A stretch of 64,000 nt of DNA from the NCBI GenBank assembly GCA_000092065.1, contig CP000584.1, one strand, 5' to 3'. Both the position numbers and the translations under genes were made by a program. Shown one piece after another: positions 38,487-48,686 of the stretch (position 1 is its first letter; the number at the start of each line of letters is the position of its first letter). The notes under the pieces were generated by a model, which was not told the origin of the DNA, did not search any database, and saw only the letters and a program-made list of their open reading frames with translations. The DNA is from Ostreococcus lucimarinus (Eukaryota).

Positions 38487-40352
38487 ATGTCTCGCAAGGG
38501 CGGATGGGGACGCGGGGACGAGGATGATTATTACGACGATTACGACGACGACGAGGCGTACGACGACGACGACGAGGCGTACGACGACGACGACGAAGCC
38601 GCAGGCGCCGGGCGCGAGGCCCTCGAGCGAGCCGAGGATGGCGAGCGCGCGACGACGGGCGCGAGGGCGGCGAAGACGAGCAAGGCGATGGAGTTGATGA
38701 AGACGAAACCGACGCCCACGCGCGTGGGGATGAAAGAGATCGAGGCGCGGATGGCGGCGGAGAGAAACGCGAGGTATCCCGCGGCGCCGCGCGGGCCGAG
38801 CGGAGGCGGCGCGAGCGCGGGGAAGTTTGCGTTCGATACGCCTTCACCGGACGCGGCAGCGGCGGCGGCGCGAGCGCGGGGGAGTAAGTCTGGGGCGAGC
38901 GCGGCGATGGAAACGACGGAAACGCTCGTGAAAGAATTTGCGGCCAAGACGCGAGTCGGCGGCGACGCGACCGCGTTTGCGGGATACGAAGCTTCGAGCG
39001 CCGAGCGCGCGGCGTACACCTCACCGGAGGGCGGTGACGTGCACGTCGTGATATTAGGACACGTTGATGCGGGGAAATCGACGCTTAGTGGGCGATTGAT
39101 GTACGCTTTGAAAGCGGTCGATGACAGAGCGATGCATAAAAACGTGCGCGATTCCAAGGCGAGCGGGAAATCGTCGTTCGCCTGGGCTTGGGTGATGGAC
39201 TGTAGACCGGAAGAACGAGAGCGCGGGGTGACGATAGACGTCAGCATGAAGCGATGTGTGTTAGATGGACATCGACAGTTGGTAGTTTTAGATGCTCCTG
39301 GGCACAAAGATTTCGTGCCGAACGCGATTTCCGGCGCGTCGCAAGCCGACGCGGGCGTTTTGGTCATTGACGGCGCGATGGGTGGATTTGAAAACGGTTT
39401 CGCTGCGACTCCAGGTCACACGGGACAAACGCGCGAGCACGCGCGATTGGCGCGGGCGCTTGGTTTACATTCCCTCATCGTCGTCATCAATAAGATGGAC
39501 TGCGTTGAGTATGGAGAGGAGCGATTTAGATTTGTCGTCGATGCGCTTCAAAACTTTCTCATCGACGACGTCGGTTTTAGCCAAGAACAGCTCACGTTCG
39601 TGCCGGTTTCGGGGATTGAGGGTACAAATATTTCGCCCGATGACGCGGCTGCATTGCCCGATGCATTGGCCTCGTGGTATCGAGGCCCGACGCTCGTAGA
39701 CGCGTTGCGAGCGGTTAAAATTCCATCTCGAGGAGCGCCGAAACCGCTTCGCATGCCAATCGCAGACATCATCACCGAAGTGCGCTCTCTCGGTGGAGCC
39801 GCGTGCGGTGGTAAGATCGAAGCTGGAAGCTTGATGAAAGGTCAAAAGCTACTCGTGATGCCGGCCAACGTTTCGGCCACTGTGAAGTGCGTGGAAGTGG
39901 ACGGAATAGCCGTCGACTTTGCGCCGATTGGCACATCCGTGGACGTCGGCTTGAGCGACGTGGATTCGCGGCATTTAGAAGTCGGGAGCGTTTTATGCCA
40001 TGCGTCGCATCCAATAACGCCCACGGATGAGATTGAAGTCCGTGTGCTCACGACGGACATGCTTCGTGTGCCTTTACTCAAAGGCTCAAGGGTTGTTTTG
40101 CATTCGCACATGCTCGCGTGCGACGCAACGATTGAGGAACTCGTCGCGCAAGTGGACACGGTGACGGGAGACGTGGTAAAGGCAAGTCCTCGGTGTATTA
40201 CGCGCGAACAGAGCGCTATTTTGCGTATTCGCACGTCTAGGAATATTTGCGTCGAACCGGTCGAGATTTCACCGACGTTAAGCCGCGTGACGCTTCGCAT
40301 GAATGGCAAAACCATGGCGCTCGGTGTGGTGACTGCGATTTGGCGCTCTTAG
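38487..40352 (+). CDS. HBS1: HBS1-like translational GTPase (Hbs1/Ski7 family)
   Basis: G-domain: GHVDAGKSTLSGRLMY, ERERGVTIDV, DAPGHKDFV, NKMD. EF1A-like domains II/III. Acidic DDYDDDEAYDDDDE N-terminal extension. ERERGVT and QAD context resemble Hbs1 more than eRF3. ORF opens at 38436; ATG 38487 (MSRKGGWG) is preferred. Confidence 0.75.
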   Translation: MSRKGGWGRGDEDDYYDDYDDDEAYDDDDEAYDDDDEAAGAGREALERAEDGERATTGARAAKTSKAMELMKTKPTPTRVGMKEIEARMAAERNARYPAAPRGPSGGGASAGKFAFDTPSPDAAAAAARARGSKSGASAAMETTETLVKEFAAKTRVGGDATAFAGYEASSAERAAYTSPEGGDVHVVILGHVDAGKSTLSGRLMYALKAVDDRAMHKNVRDSKASGKSSFAWAWVMDCRPEERERGVTIDVSMKRCVLDGHRQLVVLDAPGHKDFVPNAISGASQADAGVLVIDGAMGGFENGFAATPGHTGQTREHARLARALGLHSLIVVINKMDCVEYGEERFRFVVDALQNFLIDDVGFSQEQLTFVPVSGIEGTNISPDDAAALPDALASWYRGPTLVDALRAVKIPSRGAPKPLRMPIADIITEVRSLGGAACGGKIEAGSLMKGQKLLVMPANVSATVKCVEVDGIAVDFAPIGTSVDVGLSDVDSRHLEVGSVLCHASHPITPTDEIEVRVLTTDMLRVPLLKGSRVVLHSHMLACDATIEELVAQVDTVTGDVVKASPRCITREQSAILRIRTSRNICVEPVEISPTLSRVTLRMNGKTMALGVVTAIWRS

Positions 40353-40370
40353 TTGGCTAATTTCTAATTT

Positions 40371-41624
40371 CTACTTTGGAACGCCGTACACGACTTGATT
40401 CGCGCCTTCTATATCTAGATACTGTACTTCGCCCCCCGTTTTTCGCGCGAGATAATCCACGAGCGCCATTCTCTCGGTCACCGGCGCGCCGTCGCGGTCT
40501 CGTCTGTGCTTGAACAAATCCGGAAAGACGCAACACGGAACTACGGCGAACGGCTTACTGTATTGCAGCGCGAAATCGACGATCGCTTCGGTGGCCTGAT
40601 CTGGATGCATACCGATAATGGCCGAACAATCTTTGAACTGTGCGAAATTTTCACTGGAAAACTCTGTTCGAATTTGCTCGCACAGCATCGATTCCGCCTC
40701 CGGCGCCGTCGACTCGTCCGTCTTCAACTTCTTCTTCAGCCACTTGTGCTGTTTCTTGTTCAGCTTTCGCTCGCGCGGTTCGACAAGCGTGCTTTTGATT
40801 CCTAATTTTGTATGTAACTCAAACGACACATCGCCTCGTCCGCCCGCGACGTCCAAAACGCCGGTACCCGCGTTTAAAACTTCGGCGCCAAACTTTTCGA
40901 GCAAAAATTGCGCGAATCGCTGCGCACGCATTTGTTTGCTCGCCACCGAGTCTCCGTGCGGGTCCCCGCACTCTTTAGCCGCGATTTCCCGTCTATTCGC
41001 CTTACGCGCCGCGATCCATTCGCGTTGCACCGCTCGATCGTGCGCATACTTGCACTTGTCGCCTTTGGCGCAAAATGCGTTATTGATGAAGAACTTGCAC
41101 GCGCCGACGCTCGCTCCGTCGGCGACTCTCGAACTCGCCTCGCCGCCGATCCCACTCTCGCCTCCTTCGTTCGGGAGGTACAACTCGCGCTGAAACGCTT
41201 TCCCTGGATTCACTTTCGCCCACTCTTCGACGATCTCGACCACTTCCTCGCACGCCAACGACCACTCGCCGTGCGCGTTCGCCGCTCGCCGCGAGAGCGT
41301 CCCGCGAAACGCGCCCGTGTTCCCGAGCTTCAACGACGTCTTTTGCGCCCACGCCACGTCTTCGTGCGTCACGAACGCACCATGCGACGCCTTCACCACC
41401 ATTTCGATCAGCTCGCCAGCGCTCAACGCCGCGTGCGCCCGCGCGCGTCGTCCGTCGTCTCGCAAAGTCGCGTCGTCCGCGCCAACCGCCGCCGCATCGA
41501 GCGCGTCGTCCACGCGCACGTCGTAAAATGCCAAGCGCTTGCTCACGCGACGTCGACCGATGATGCGTCCGCGCACGATGACGTCAACCGCGCTCGCGCC
41601 GTCGTCGGCGGCGGCGGCGCGCAT
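40371..41624 (-). CDS. CCCH zinc-finger + SAM-dependent methyltransferase (TRM13/Methyltransf_32-like)
   Basis: CCCH finger GACKFFINNAFCAKGDKCKYAHD. SAM motif LDVAGGRGDVSFEL. AIIGMHPDQATEAIVDFALQ and VVPCCVF resemble the TRM13 MTase core. Confidence 0.5.
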   Translation of the reverse strand: MRAAAADDGASAVDVIVRGRIIGRRRVSKRLAFYDVRVDDALDAAAVGADDATLRDDGRRARAHAALSAGELIEMVVKASHGAFVTHEDVAWAQKTSLKLGNTGAFRGTLSRRAANAHGEWSLACEEVVEIVEEWAKVNPGKAFQRELYLPNEGGESGIGGEASSRVADGASVGACKFFINNAFCAKGDKCKYAHDRAVQREWIAARKANRREIAAKECGDPHGDSVASKQMRAQRFAQFLLEKFGAEVLNAGTGVLDVAGGRGDVSFELHTKLGIKSTLVEPRERKLNKKQHKWLKKKLKTDESTAPEAESMLCEQIRTEFSSENFAQFKDCSAIIGMHPDQATEAIVDFALQYSKPFAVVPCCVFPDLFKHRRDRDGAPVTERMALVDYLARKTGGEVQYLDIEGANQVVYGVPK

Positions 41625-43164
41625 GACTGCGCGACGCGATGCGACCGACGCGCGTCAAAGTGACGCGCTCGGGGCGACGACGACGCGCATCGGGATGACG
41701 ACGTCGGTGACGCCGGCGCGCGGCGCGAGGTGTGCGCGAGGTGTGTCCGCGCGCGCTCTGGCGCGCGCAGACGACGCGCGACGCGCGACACACGCGCGCG
41801 GCGCGGCGTCGAACGCGATGGATAAAACGCGCGGCGAAACGACGACGACGACGACGACGAGACGAAGCGGTGGACGACGACGTGACGCGCGAGCGCGCGC
41901 GAGCGCAGATGATGTCGAAGAGCGTGTGACGTCGACGCGTGAAACCACGACGGGGCGGTTCGGGAATGGAAACACGACGAGACGAGACGCGCTCATGGCG
42001 GCGGCGAGCGCGGCGGCGCTGCGAGCGACGGGAGCAAACGCGGCGGATGACGACGCGCGACGGTTGTTCGAGCAGAGGTTCCCGGTGCTGTTTAAACCGT
42101 TCATCGGTCGTGGAACGCGCGCGACGGTGAAGCGAACGATCGTGCCGGGACAGATGTGGGCGTTTGAACAAAACATCGAGCTCGGCCCGCTCGAGACGAC
42201 GATTCGATGCGTGACGTGCAAGCTAAGCGACGGTTCGCTGTGGGTGCACGCGCCCTTAGCGCCGACGGAGGAGTTTTTTGAATTTGTGGAGAGTTGTGGG
42301 GATGGTACGAGCGCGTGCGTTCGATACGTCGTCGTGCCAACGTACGCGTTAGAGCATAAAATTTTCGCCAAGGATGCGCTCGCGCGATGGCGAGGCGCCA
42401 AGTTATACGCCTCGCCGGGGCAGTTTACGTTTCCCATTCGCGACGTCTCTGACGAAATAGTGTTCGGGAAAAAGGTGGACTTCGTATTACAAGGAAGTGA
42501 TTTAGACGTGAGATCGCCTGTAGCGGTGCCTTGGAAGGATGAGATCGAGTTTGAGACGCTCGAAGCGGGAACGTTTGACGTGGGATCGACGAAGCAGACG
42601 ATTTACGAGACCGCGTTTTTTCACAAACCAAGCAAGACTTTGATCGTCACCGACGCCTTGGCGCAGATCCCGATCGACCCTCCGGAGGCGAATTCCGTGG
42701 AAAAACTCTTAGTCGTCTCCCAGCGATCGACGGCGGACCCCGTGCCCGAGGACACGCCCGAGGCGCGTCGCGCCGGGTGGGAGAAAACGGCGTTGTTGGT
42801 GAGTTACTTTTTCCCCGAACACGAAGAGCTCGACCCGGCGGCGCCTGGGACGGTGATTTGGACAGACGGTTGGCACGACAACTTTCAAGCCCTCGCCGGT
42901 CGCTTGCTCGTTCCCCCGGTCGTGCGCACGCTGCTTTACGCTCAAAATCCCAACGCTGTTCGCCGTTGGGTAGCCGCCGTGAGCTCGAGGTGGGATTTTG
43001 AGCGCGTCGTCCCGGCGCATTGGGAGGCGCCCTTGGCGTGTTCCCCCGGTGATTTCAAGCGCGCGTTCGCATTTTTAGACGACGATGCGATCGATGCGTT
43101 TCCCGAGGGTGATTTAAAGCGCGGTTTGCAGCCCGTAGCTGACATAGTGCTGAAGAAAAAGTAG
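41539..43164 (+). CDS. DUF4336-family protein with twin-arginine (Tat) lumenal signal
   Basis: NTTRRDALMAAASAAALRATGANA (RR + hydrophobic + AxA) is preceded by a S/T/R-rich transit-like region. The mature part (LFEQRFPVLFKPF...WAFEQNIELGPLETT...) matches the plant/cyanobacterial DUF4336 from memory. The first ATG is ambiguous. Confidence 0.6.
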   Translation: MLTRRRPMMRPRTMTSTALAPSSAAAARMTARRDATDARQSDALGATTTRIGMTTSVTPARGARCARGVSARALARADDARRATHARGAASNAMDKTRGETTTTTTTRRSGGRRRDARARASADDVEERVTSTRETTTGRFGNGNTTRRDALMAAASAAALRATGANAADDDARRLFEQRFPVLFKPFIGRGTRATVKRTIVPGQMWAFEQNIELGPLETTIRCVTCKLSDGSLWVHAPLAPTEEFFEFVESCGDGTSACVRYVVVPTYALEHKIFAKDALARWRGAKLYASPGQFTFPIRDVSDEIVFGKKVDFVLQGSDLDVRSPVAVPWKDEIEFETLEAGTFDVGSTKQTIYETAFFHKPSKTLIVTDALAQIPIDPPEANSVEKLLVVSQRSTADPVPEDTPEARRAGWEKTALLVSYFFPEHEELDPAAPGTVIWTDGWHDNFQALAGRLLVPPVVRTLLYAQNPNAVRRWVAAVSSRWDFERVVPAHWEAPLACSPGDFKRAFAFLDDDAIDAFPEGDLKRGLQPVADIVLKKK

Positions 43165-43281
43165 TACACGGTGTGTTTTACAACGCCGGCGTCGCTCGGC
43201 TGAGTCAGCATTCTTTCCAGTCATTCGCGCTCGTTCGTTCCTTCCTTCGTTCGTTCGTTCGTCCGTTCGTTCGTTCGCTCA

Positions 43282-43557
43282 CTTCGCGGGATCGTTCCAG
43301 AGATTATTCACGTGCTTGCGCGGTGATCCTTTATCCCAGGACGATCGCCACACCTCTTCGTGTTTCGTCATCCCCGTCGTCCCCGTCGATGCGTTCGATT
43401 GCGTCGATGTCACGAACGAGCGGAACGCGTAATACGTCGCCACGCCGACGCCCGACGCGACGCACAGCGCGCCAAGACTCGTTCGCGGGAGTTTGAAGAG
43501 TTTATGATTACGCGCGTAATCTTCGTGAATCGTGTGCGCGCGATGTAAATCAACCAT
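43282..43557 (-). CDS. small single-TM ORF (hypothetical)
   Basis: The last 92 codons of ORF 43279..45315 (MVDLHRAHTIHEDYARNHKLFKLPRTSLGALCVASGVGVATYYAF...) are the only non-antisense, non-repetitive part. The rest is antisense to the coiled-coil gene. Confidence 0.25.
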
Positions 43558-43765
43558 GGGTGATGGCGGCTCGCCGACGTCGAGGTGTGCCGACGCCGAC
43601 GCGGGCCGTTCGCGATGACGATTGGCCGTCGGCGCCGCGCGGCCGGTCGCACGTCGCGACGCGCGGTGAGGACGACGACGACGGGACGACGGGACGGGAC
43701 GACGACGACGGGACGACGACGACGGGACGACGGGACGACGGGACGACGCGCGCACCGCGCGCGCG

Positions 43766-46700
43766 ATGGACGACCGCGCGGTGTTTAAAGATGGCACGAA
43801 TGCGTCGCGTCGCCGAGGCGAGGACGCCGTGGAAACGATGCGCGAGAAGCTGGAGAAGACATCCATCAAAGCGTTGCGAGCGTTGGAGGCGAAAGACGCG
43901 GAGATCGCGCGATTGCGCGCGGAGCTGCGGGCGCGCGAGCGAAGAGAAGGGGCGACGACGGCGTTTGAACGGCGAAGACGCGCTCGACGCGGAGGCGAAG
44001 ACGAAGGTGAGATGAGCGATGAGGAGACGTTCGAGGACGAGGATCGGTATCGAAACGCGCGACGCGGTCGAACGTCGGCGTCGGCGTCGGCATCGGGCGC
44101 GCGCGTTGGGCAATTGGAACGGGAATTGGAAGACGAACGCGCCGTCGTCATTCGTTTGAGGCGAGAGCTGCGCGAGGCAAACGGAAACGCGGAAAGGCTT
44201 CGAGAGTCGCACGAAGAAGCGAAGAAGTTTGCGTTGGCGAGCGAAAAACACGCGGGGGCGTTGACAGAACGAATGCAGCGCTTGGTGTGCGCGCGAGATG
44301 AGCGGTGGAGCGAGCGCGAGAATGCGGCGGATGCCTCGGAGAGAGCGTTGTCGGCTCGCGTCGCCGCGCTGACGGTCGAAAGCGCGCGCGCGAGCGAAGA
44401 AGGCGAGCGATGGCGGGTAAAGGCGCAAGATTTAGAAGAAGAATTACGCTCAATCAAGGCTGCCACGTTCGAAACCGAGATCTTGAATGAAGAGGAGGAC
44501 GAAGACGCCGGCGCCGCAGAGTCGGCGCATCGATTGCGCGTTCGACTCGCCGAGACGCGTCTCGCGCTTCGCCAGGCGCTTGCCTCGGATAGCGCTGAAG
44601 CGAATACGATGGCATCATCGCAGACCAGCGAGCAAATCGGTGATGCGCTCTCGATGATGTCGCAATCATCGAGGATGACAGCGACTAAGAGCGCGCGAGA
44701 CAACGCCAAACTTGCCTCTGCTGAAGAGAAAATTTCTTCTCTCAAACGCGTCGTGAAGGAACTTAGAAGTACGAATAACTCGCAAGCGAACGAGCTCGGG
44801 CGATTGGAAATGCTATTGAGGGAACAAATCGCGTCGAGCAAACTCACGCTAGAGTCCGCGGAGGCGACTTCTGAAAACGCGACACACGAACGGGAATACT
44901 TCACCAACACCTTGCGCGAACGCGAAGAAGAATTACTCGTCTTGAGAGACACTTTATCGGTATTAGAAAGTGATCGTTCGCCTGCGACAGCAGATGGTGA
45001 TTGGCGGCGAGACGAAATGAATCGAGCGCGCGAGAAGATTATCGCCCTCGAGACTGAAAATGCGTCGCTCGTAAACGAGAGAGAGCTTCTCGCGGGCGAG
45101 GTGCGACAGTATCGCCACGAGCTCAAGGGTGAGTCGGAGCGCGCGGAGGCGTACGAGAGCATCGCCAAATCTGCGCGCCAGCGCGAAGAAATCTTGTTCG
45201 CACAACTCGAGTGGAAAACTGAAGAGTGCATCGCGTACATGGATGCGGAGCTTGAGCTGCTGAGTCGTTTAGACGACGCCGAGCGAGACAACTTGGATTT
45301 GGAAATCAGTCTCAAGTCGTGTGAGAAAGCGCTTCGACTGCAAGTCGAACGGTTGAGTCAATACAGCGCCACGCAGATCGGAGATTTGAAACGCAAAGTT
45401 CAACAGAGCGTGACGGATACCGTTTCAACAGACGCCGCGGCGAACTTTTGCCGCGGTATCCAAATCGCGCTGCGACAGACAGACGACGGGGAAACCACTG
45501 TCAATCAAAGACTTGAAGAAGCGCTCTTGGATGCGCAGCGCACGATTGCTCTGTTGGAGTGTACGTCTATTAAATACGAGAAGGCTTTTACTTCGGCTAT
45601 GAGGCACGTGGAGAAGGCGGAACATCGCAGCGAGTCGACAAAGACAGCGTTTGATCACGTGTGCGCCATTCTCGAACTTTCTCAAAAGTCGTACGCCTCT
45701 CTGAGCTCCAAGGCCATGAGTTCGTTGGAGAATCGACTCATGACGACGCACGCTCGCAACGTAAAGTTATCACAGATAATTGTGCGAGGCGAAACGGACA
45801 CGGGCGTCGAGCTTAACGAAATGGAGGAGGAACTGCGCGATCGCGACGAAAAGATTGAATTAATGAAGGCGCGCATCGACGAGCTCGAAGTCACGGGAAG
45901 CGAACTCATTGGCGCTCGCGAGTCGGCTGCGAGCGCTATGCAAGCCATGTCGGTGGCCCGCGATAAGGCGAAGAAGGAAGTGTTCGAGGAGCAGGATCGC
46001 TTGCGCGAAGCCCAGCGCACGATTGCCGAACTTAACGCCCGCGTTGCGCAGCTTCACGAAGAATTTCGGGCGTCGATATTAGAAGATCAGGCGGACCAAT
46101 TGCGCGCGTTAGTCGAAGAACAAGCGCAGACGATCGCATCGGCGTCTATGGAGCTAGAGAAACGAGTGAATGCGGAAACGCATGCGCAGGAGAGACTGGC
46201 AGAAATCACACGAGAGCTCGAAGCGACGCGTGAAAGCTTTGAGCGAGCGACTGCAGAGCTCGAAGAAGTACGGGAATCTCGCGCAAAGCTCGTCGAGCGG
46301 ACAGATGGACAATCTGAACACCCTGATGTCGTGACAAAATTGAGCCAGCGCACATCCGAGCTCGAAAAAGCGATTGAGGTTCGAGACGATCGAATCAGAG
46401 AATTGGAAAAGTCGGCGCGCTTCGAGACGGCTTTGGCGACAAAGGGAACGACGGCGACGCTTGGTGCGAAAGTTGATCCTCACGATGCGGAAAGCTTAGT
46501 CACTGTCGCGCTCAAAGACAACCGAGCGGCTGCTGTCGTCGCAGCCGCTGCGCGTGACGAAGTCGATCGACTGAAGGAAGAAATCAGATGGCGTGATGAC
46601 GCCTTGGCTGCCGTCGGCGCGTCGACGACAAATGTCGCGATGGACGAATCCACGCGAACTGAACTCGAAAATATCAAGTCTCTTCTCGAAGGCGCGTTCA

Positions 46701-47887
46701 AGCAACACGAAGGACGGTTATCAGAAACCAATCGCTTGGTCGCGCGCGACACATCGACTTTGCAAGCATACGCCGAGGTAATGACGGCGAGGCTGCTCAA
46801 CTTGGAAGCCGAAATCGCGGAACAAAAGCGAAAAGAAGAGGAATGGCAGGCGAGCAACATGCCGGGCGATGATGAGCGTCGCGCGCACGTGGAAAGATGT
46901 AAGCGCTACAGAGAGCTCATGCAACGCCTGCGTCAGGAGCACGAACGCGAGCGAAATAAACTGTTGGAATTCGTCAAGGAGTCGGAAGCAAAGATTGCCG
47001 ATTTGACCAGGCGCGTGCAGAGCAGCTGGGCAGGAGAATCCGAGGCTGAAGTCGCCAATCTCAACGCGCAGCTCGTGCGCGCAAATCAACGAATCGAAGA
47101 GCTCGAACGTCAGCTAAAAACCAAGCAACTCGCCGTCGACGCGACAGAAGGCGGTTTCACTTTGCTCACAGAAGTCGAATCCGCCGACGCAGAACTTCGA
47201 GACACCAGCGCCAAGCTCGCGACGAGCGTCGAAGAAGCCGCTCGACTTCGCGATGAACTCGAACAGTGCAAGACGCAAATCGAGTCGATGAGGGAAGAAA
47301 CGAAGAAAGCTGTGGAGAAGCAGCTGACGACCCGATTCCGGCGCGAGCTGGCGAGACACGAAGATGAGATCGAGCGATTGCGCGAACGTTGCTCGGCGTT
47401 CGCACCGCCGTGCGCATCCCTGGTTGAGGCTGTGCGCAAGATGTCGATACGCTTGTTGCGTATGTCAGCCGCTGTGGCGCACATGTCGAGACAAGCCCAA
47501 GGCAAGCAGTCGATATCAGAAACCCTGATGGCGAAAGATGCGAACGAAGTTGCTTCTTTGGTCGGGTTGTCGCTCGAGGAAATCACCTCGGTGTTTGCAG
47601 TGCAAAACATTCGTTCCGACGGTTCCGCGGATGAAGCGAAAACGGCGCTGAGCATGTTGGATTCACCGGAAAATATCGCCGCTGCGATCGCGTGGTGCGA
47701 GGCGCGTACCTTGCAACTCAACGACGCTTTGACATCGGAGGCTCCGATTGCCGAAGTCTGGAGAGACGATGCACTCGACGCCGTGACGTCGCTCGTGCAC
47801 GATCAAGCGAGCGCGGCTGAGACGTGCCTTCGCGAGTCCACGCCCGAACTTCAACGCTGGTGGATGGGATTAGCTACTAGTGACTAG
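43766..47887 (+). CDS. very long coiled-coil protein (myosin-tail/SMC-hinge-less type, hypothetical)
   Basis: 1373-aa ORF dominated by heptad-like E/R/L/A/K segments throughout. No enzymatic motifs recognised. Confidence 0.65.
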   Translation: MDDRAVFKDGTNASRRRGEDAVETMREKLEKTSIKALRALEAKDAEIARLRAELRARERREGATTAFERRRRARRGGEDEGEMSDEETFEDEDRYRNARRGRTSASASASGARVGQLERELEDERAVVIRLRRELREANGNAERLRESHEEAKKFALASEKHAGALTERMQRLVCARDERWSERENAADASERALSARVAALTVESARASEEGERWRVKAQDLEEELRSIKAATFETEILNEEEDEDAGAAESAHRLRVRLAETRLALRQALASDSAEANTMASSQTSEQIGDALSMMSQSSRMTATKSARDNAKLASAEEKISSLKRVVKELRSTNNSQANELGRLEMLLREQIASSKLTLESAEATSENATHEREYFTNTLREREEELLVLRDTLSVLESDRSPATADGDWRRDEMNRAREKIIALETENASLVNERELLAGEVRQYRHELKGESERAEAYESIAKSARQREEILFAQLEWKTEECIAYMDAELELLSRLDDAERDNLDLEISLKSCEKALRLQVERLSQYSATQIGDLKRKVQQSVTDTVSTDAAANFCRGIQIALRQTDDGETTVNQRLEEALLDAQRTIALLECTSIKYEKAFTSAMRHVEKAEHRSESTKTAFDHVCAILELSQKSYASLSSKAMSSLENRLMTTHARNVKLSQIIVRGETDTGVELNEMEEELRDRDEKIELMKARIDELEVTGSELIGARESAASAMQAMSVARDKAKKEVFEEQDRLREAQRTIAELNARVAQLHEEFRASILEDQADQLRALVEEQAQTIASASMELEKRVNAETHAQERLAEITRELEATRESFERATAELEEVRESRAKLVERTDGQSEHPDVVTKLSQRTSELEKAIEVRDDRIRELEKSARFETALATKGTTATLGAKVDPHDAESLVTVALKDNRAAAVVAAAARDEVDRLKEEIRWRDDALAAVGASTTNVAMDESTRTELENIKSLLEGAFKQHEGRLSETNRLVARDTSTLQAYAEVMTARLLNLEAEIAEQKRKEEEWQASNMPGDDERRAHVERCKRYRELMQRLRQEHERERNKLLEFVKESEAKIADLTRRVQSSWAGESEAEVANLNAQLVRANQRIEELERQLKTKQLAVDATEGGFTLLTEVESADAELRDTSAKLATSVEEAARLRDELEQCKTQIESMREETKKAVEKQLTTRFRRELARHEDEIERLRERCSAFAPPCASLVEAVRKMSIRLLRMSAAVAHMSRQAQGKQSISETLMAKDANEVASLVGLSLEEITSVFAVQNIRSDGSADEAKTALSMLDSPENIAAAIAWCEARTLQLNDALTSEAPIAEVWRDDALDAVTSLVHDQASAAETCLRESTPELQRWWMGLATSD

Positions 47888-47921
47888 GGAATGTATTATT
47901 TTCACTATTTTCACTATTTTC

Positions 47922-48412
47922 CTACGCTAATTTTCCCGCCTTCTGTAGCGCGATGCGTGCCTCGACCCGCGCCTTCGCGATTTGTGAATTTATCGCCGCC
48001 TGTCGCGCCTCGTCCGCTGGCGGTGGGGCCACGACGGGTTGTTGCGGACCAGCGCTGTGAAACGAGATTCCGTTTCGCTTGGCGAGGTACTTCTCCGTGA
48101 CCCGCTTCTGTTCATCAGCGAGCGCACGAGCGAAATCTTCCTCCTCCACTGGCGATTCGTCAAACGCAAATTTTGCCCCAGTGGCGAACGCGTCGCTCGC
48201 CGACACTCCATCTCGCGCGCAGGTCTCCATGAACTCTGGGTTCCTAAAAGTCGATGACGTGAACATCAACGCGCTCGGCGTCACGCCTCGTCGTCTCGCG
48301 ACGATTAAGAGGTCGTTCACTCTCTGTTGCGTCGCCTTCGTCTCCTCGCTCGTCTCGCTCGTCTCGCTCGTCGTCGCCCCGTATCTCGCCGCGATCGCCG
48401 CCACCCACGCGT

Positions 48413-48498
<86 letters not shown>

Positions 48499-48686
48499 CG
48501 ATCATCGACGTTCACCCTCGTCGTCATCGCCGTCGGTCGCGCCGGTCCCACGAACGCATCCTCGCCGTCGCTCGTCGCTTCGTCCGCCGTCTGCCGCGCC
48601 GATCCAGCGCGCGCCGGTCCCACGAAGCCACCGTCGTCGCCGTCGCCGTCGTCGCTGCTTCCGTACTCTCCCACGAACGCGTCCAT
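47922..48686 (-). CDS. HCNGP-like (SAP30-binding-protein family) protein with Asp/Gly-rich tract
   Basis: Real start MDAFVGEYGSSDDGDGDD at ATG 48686. The upstream 295 codons of ORF 47922..49571 are S/P/R junk. Paired FVGPAR motifs, a (DGDDGDD)n tract, and a C-terminal VNDLLIVARRRGVTPSALMFTSSTFRNPEFME...KFAFDES resembling the HCNGP box. Confidence 0.45.

Noticed and set aside
43279-45315. 678-aa Ser-rich ORF on the minus strand
   Set aside because: It is antisense to the long coiled-coil gene. GAG/GAA/GCG-rich codons of a coiled-coil reverse-complement to Ser/Leu-rich open frames. Only its last 92 codons (43282..43557) were kept, as a low-confidence small ORF.
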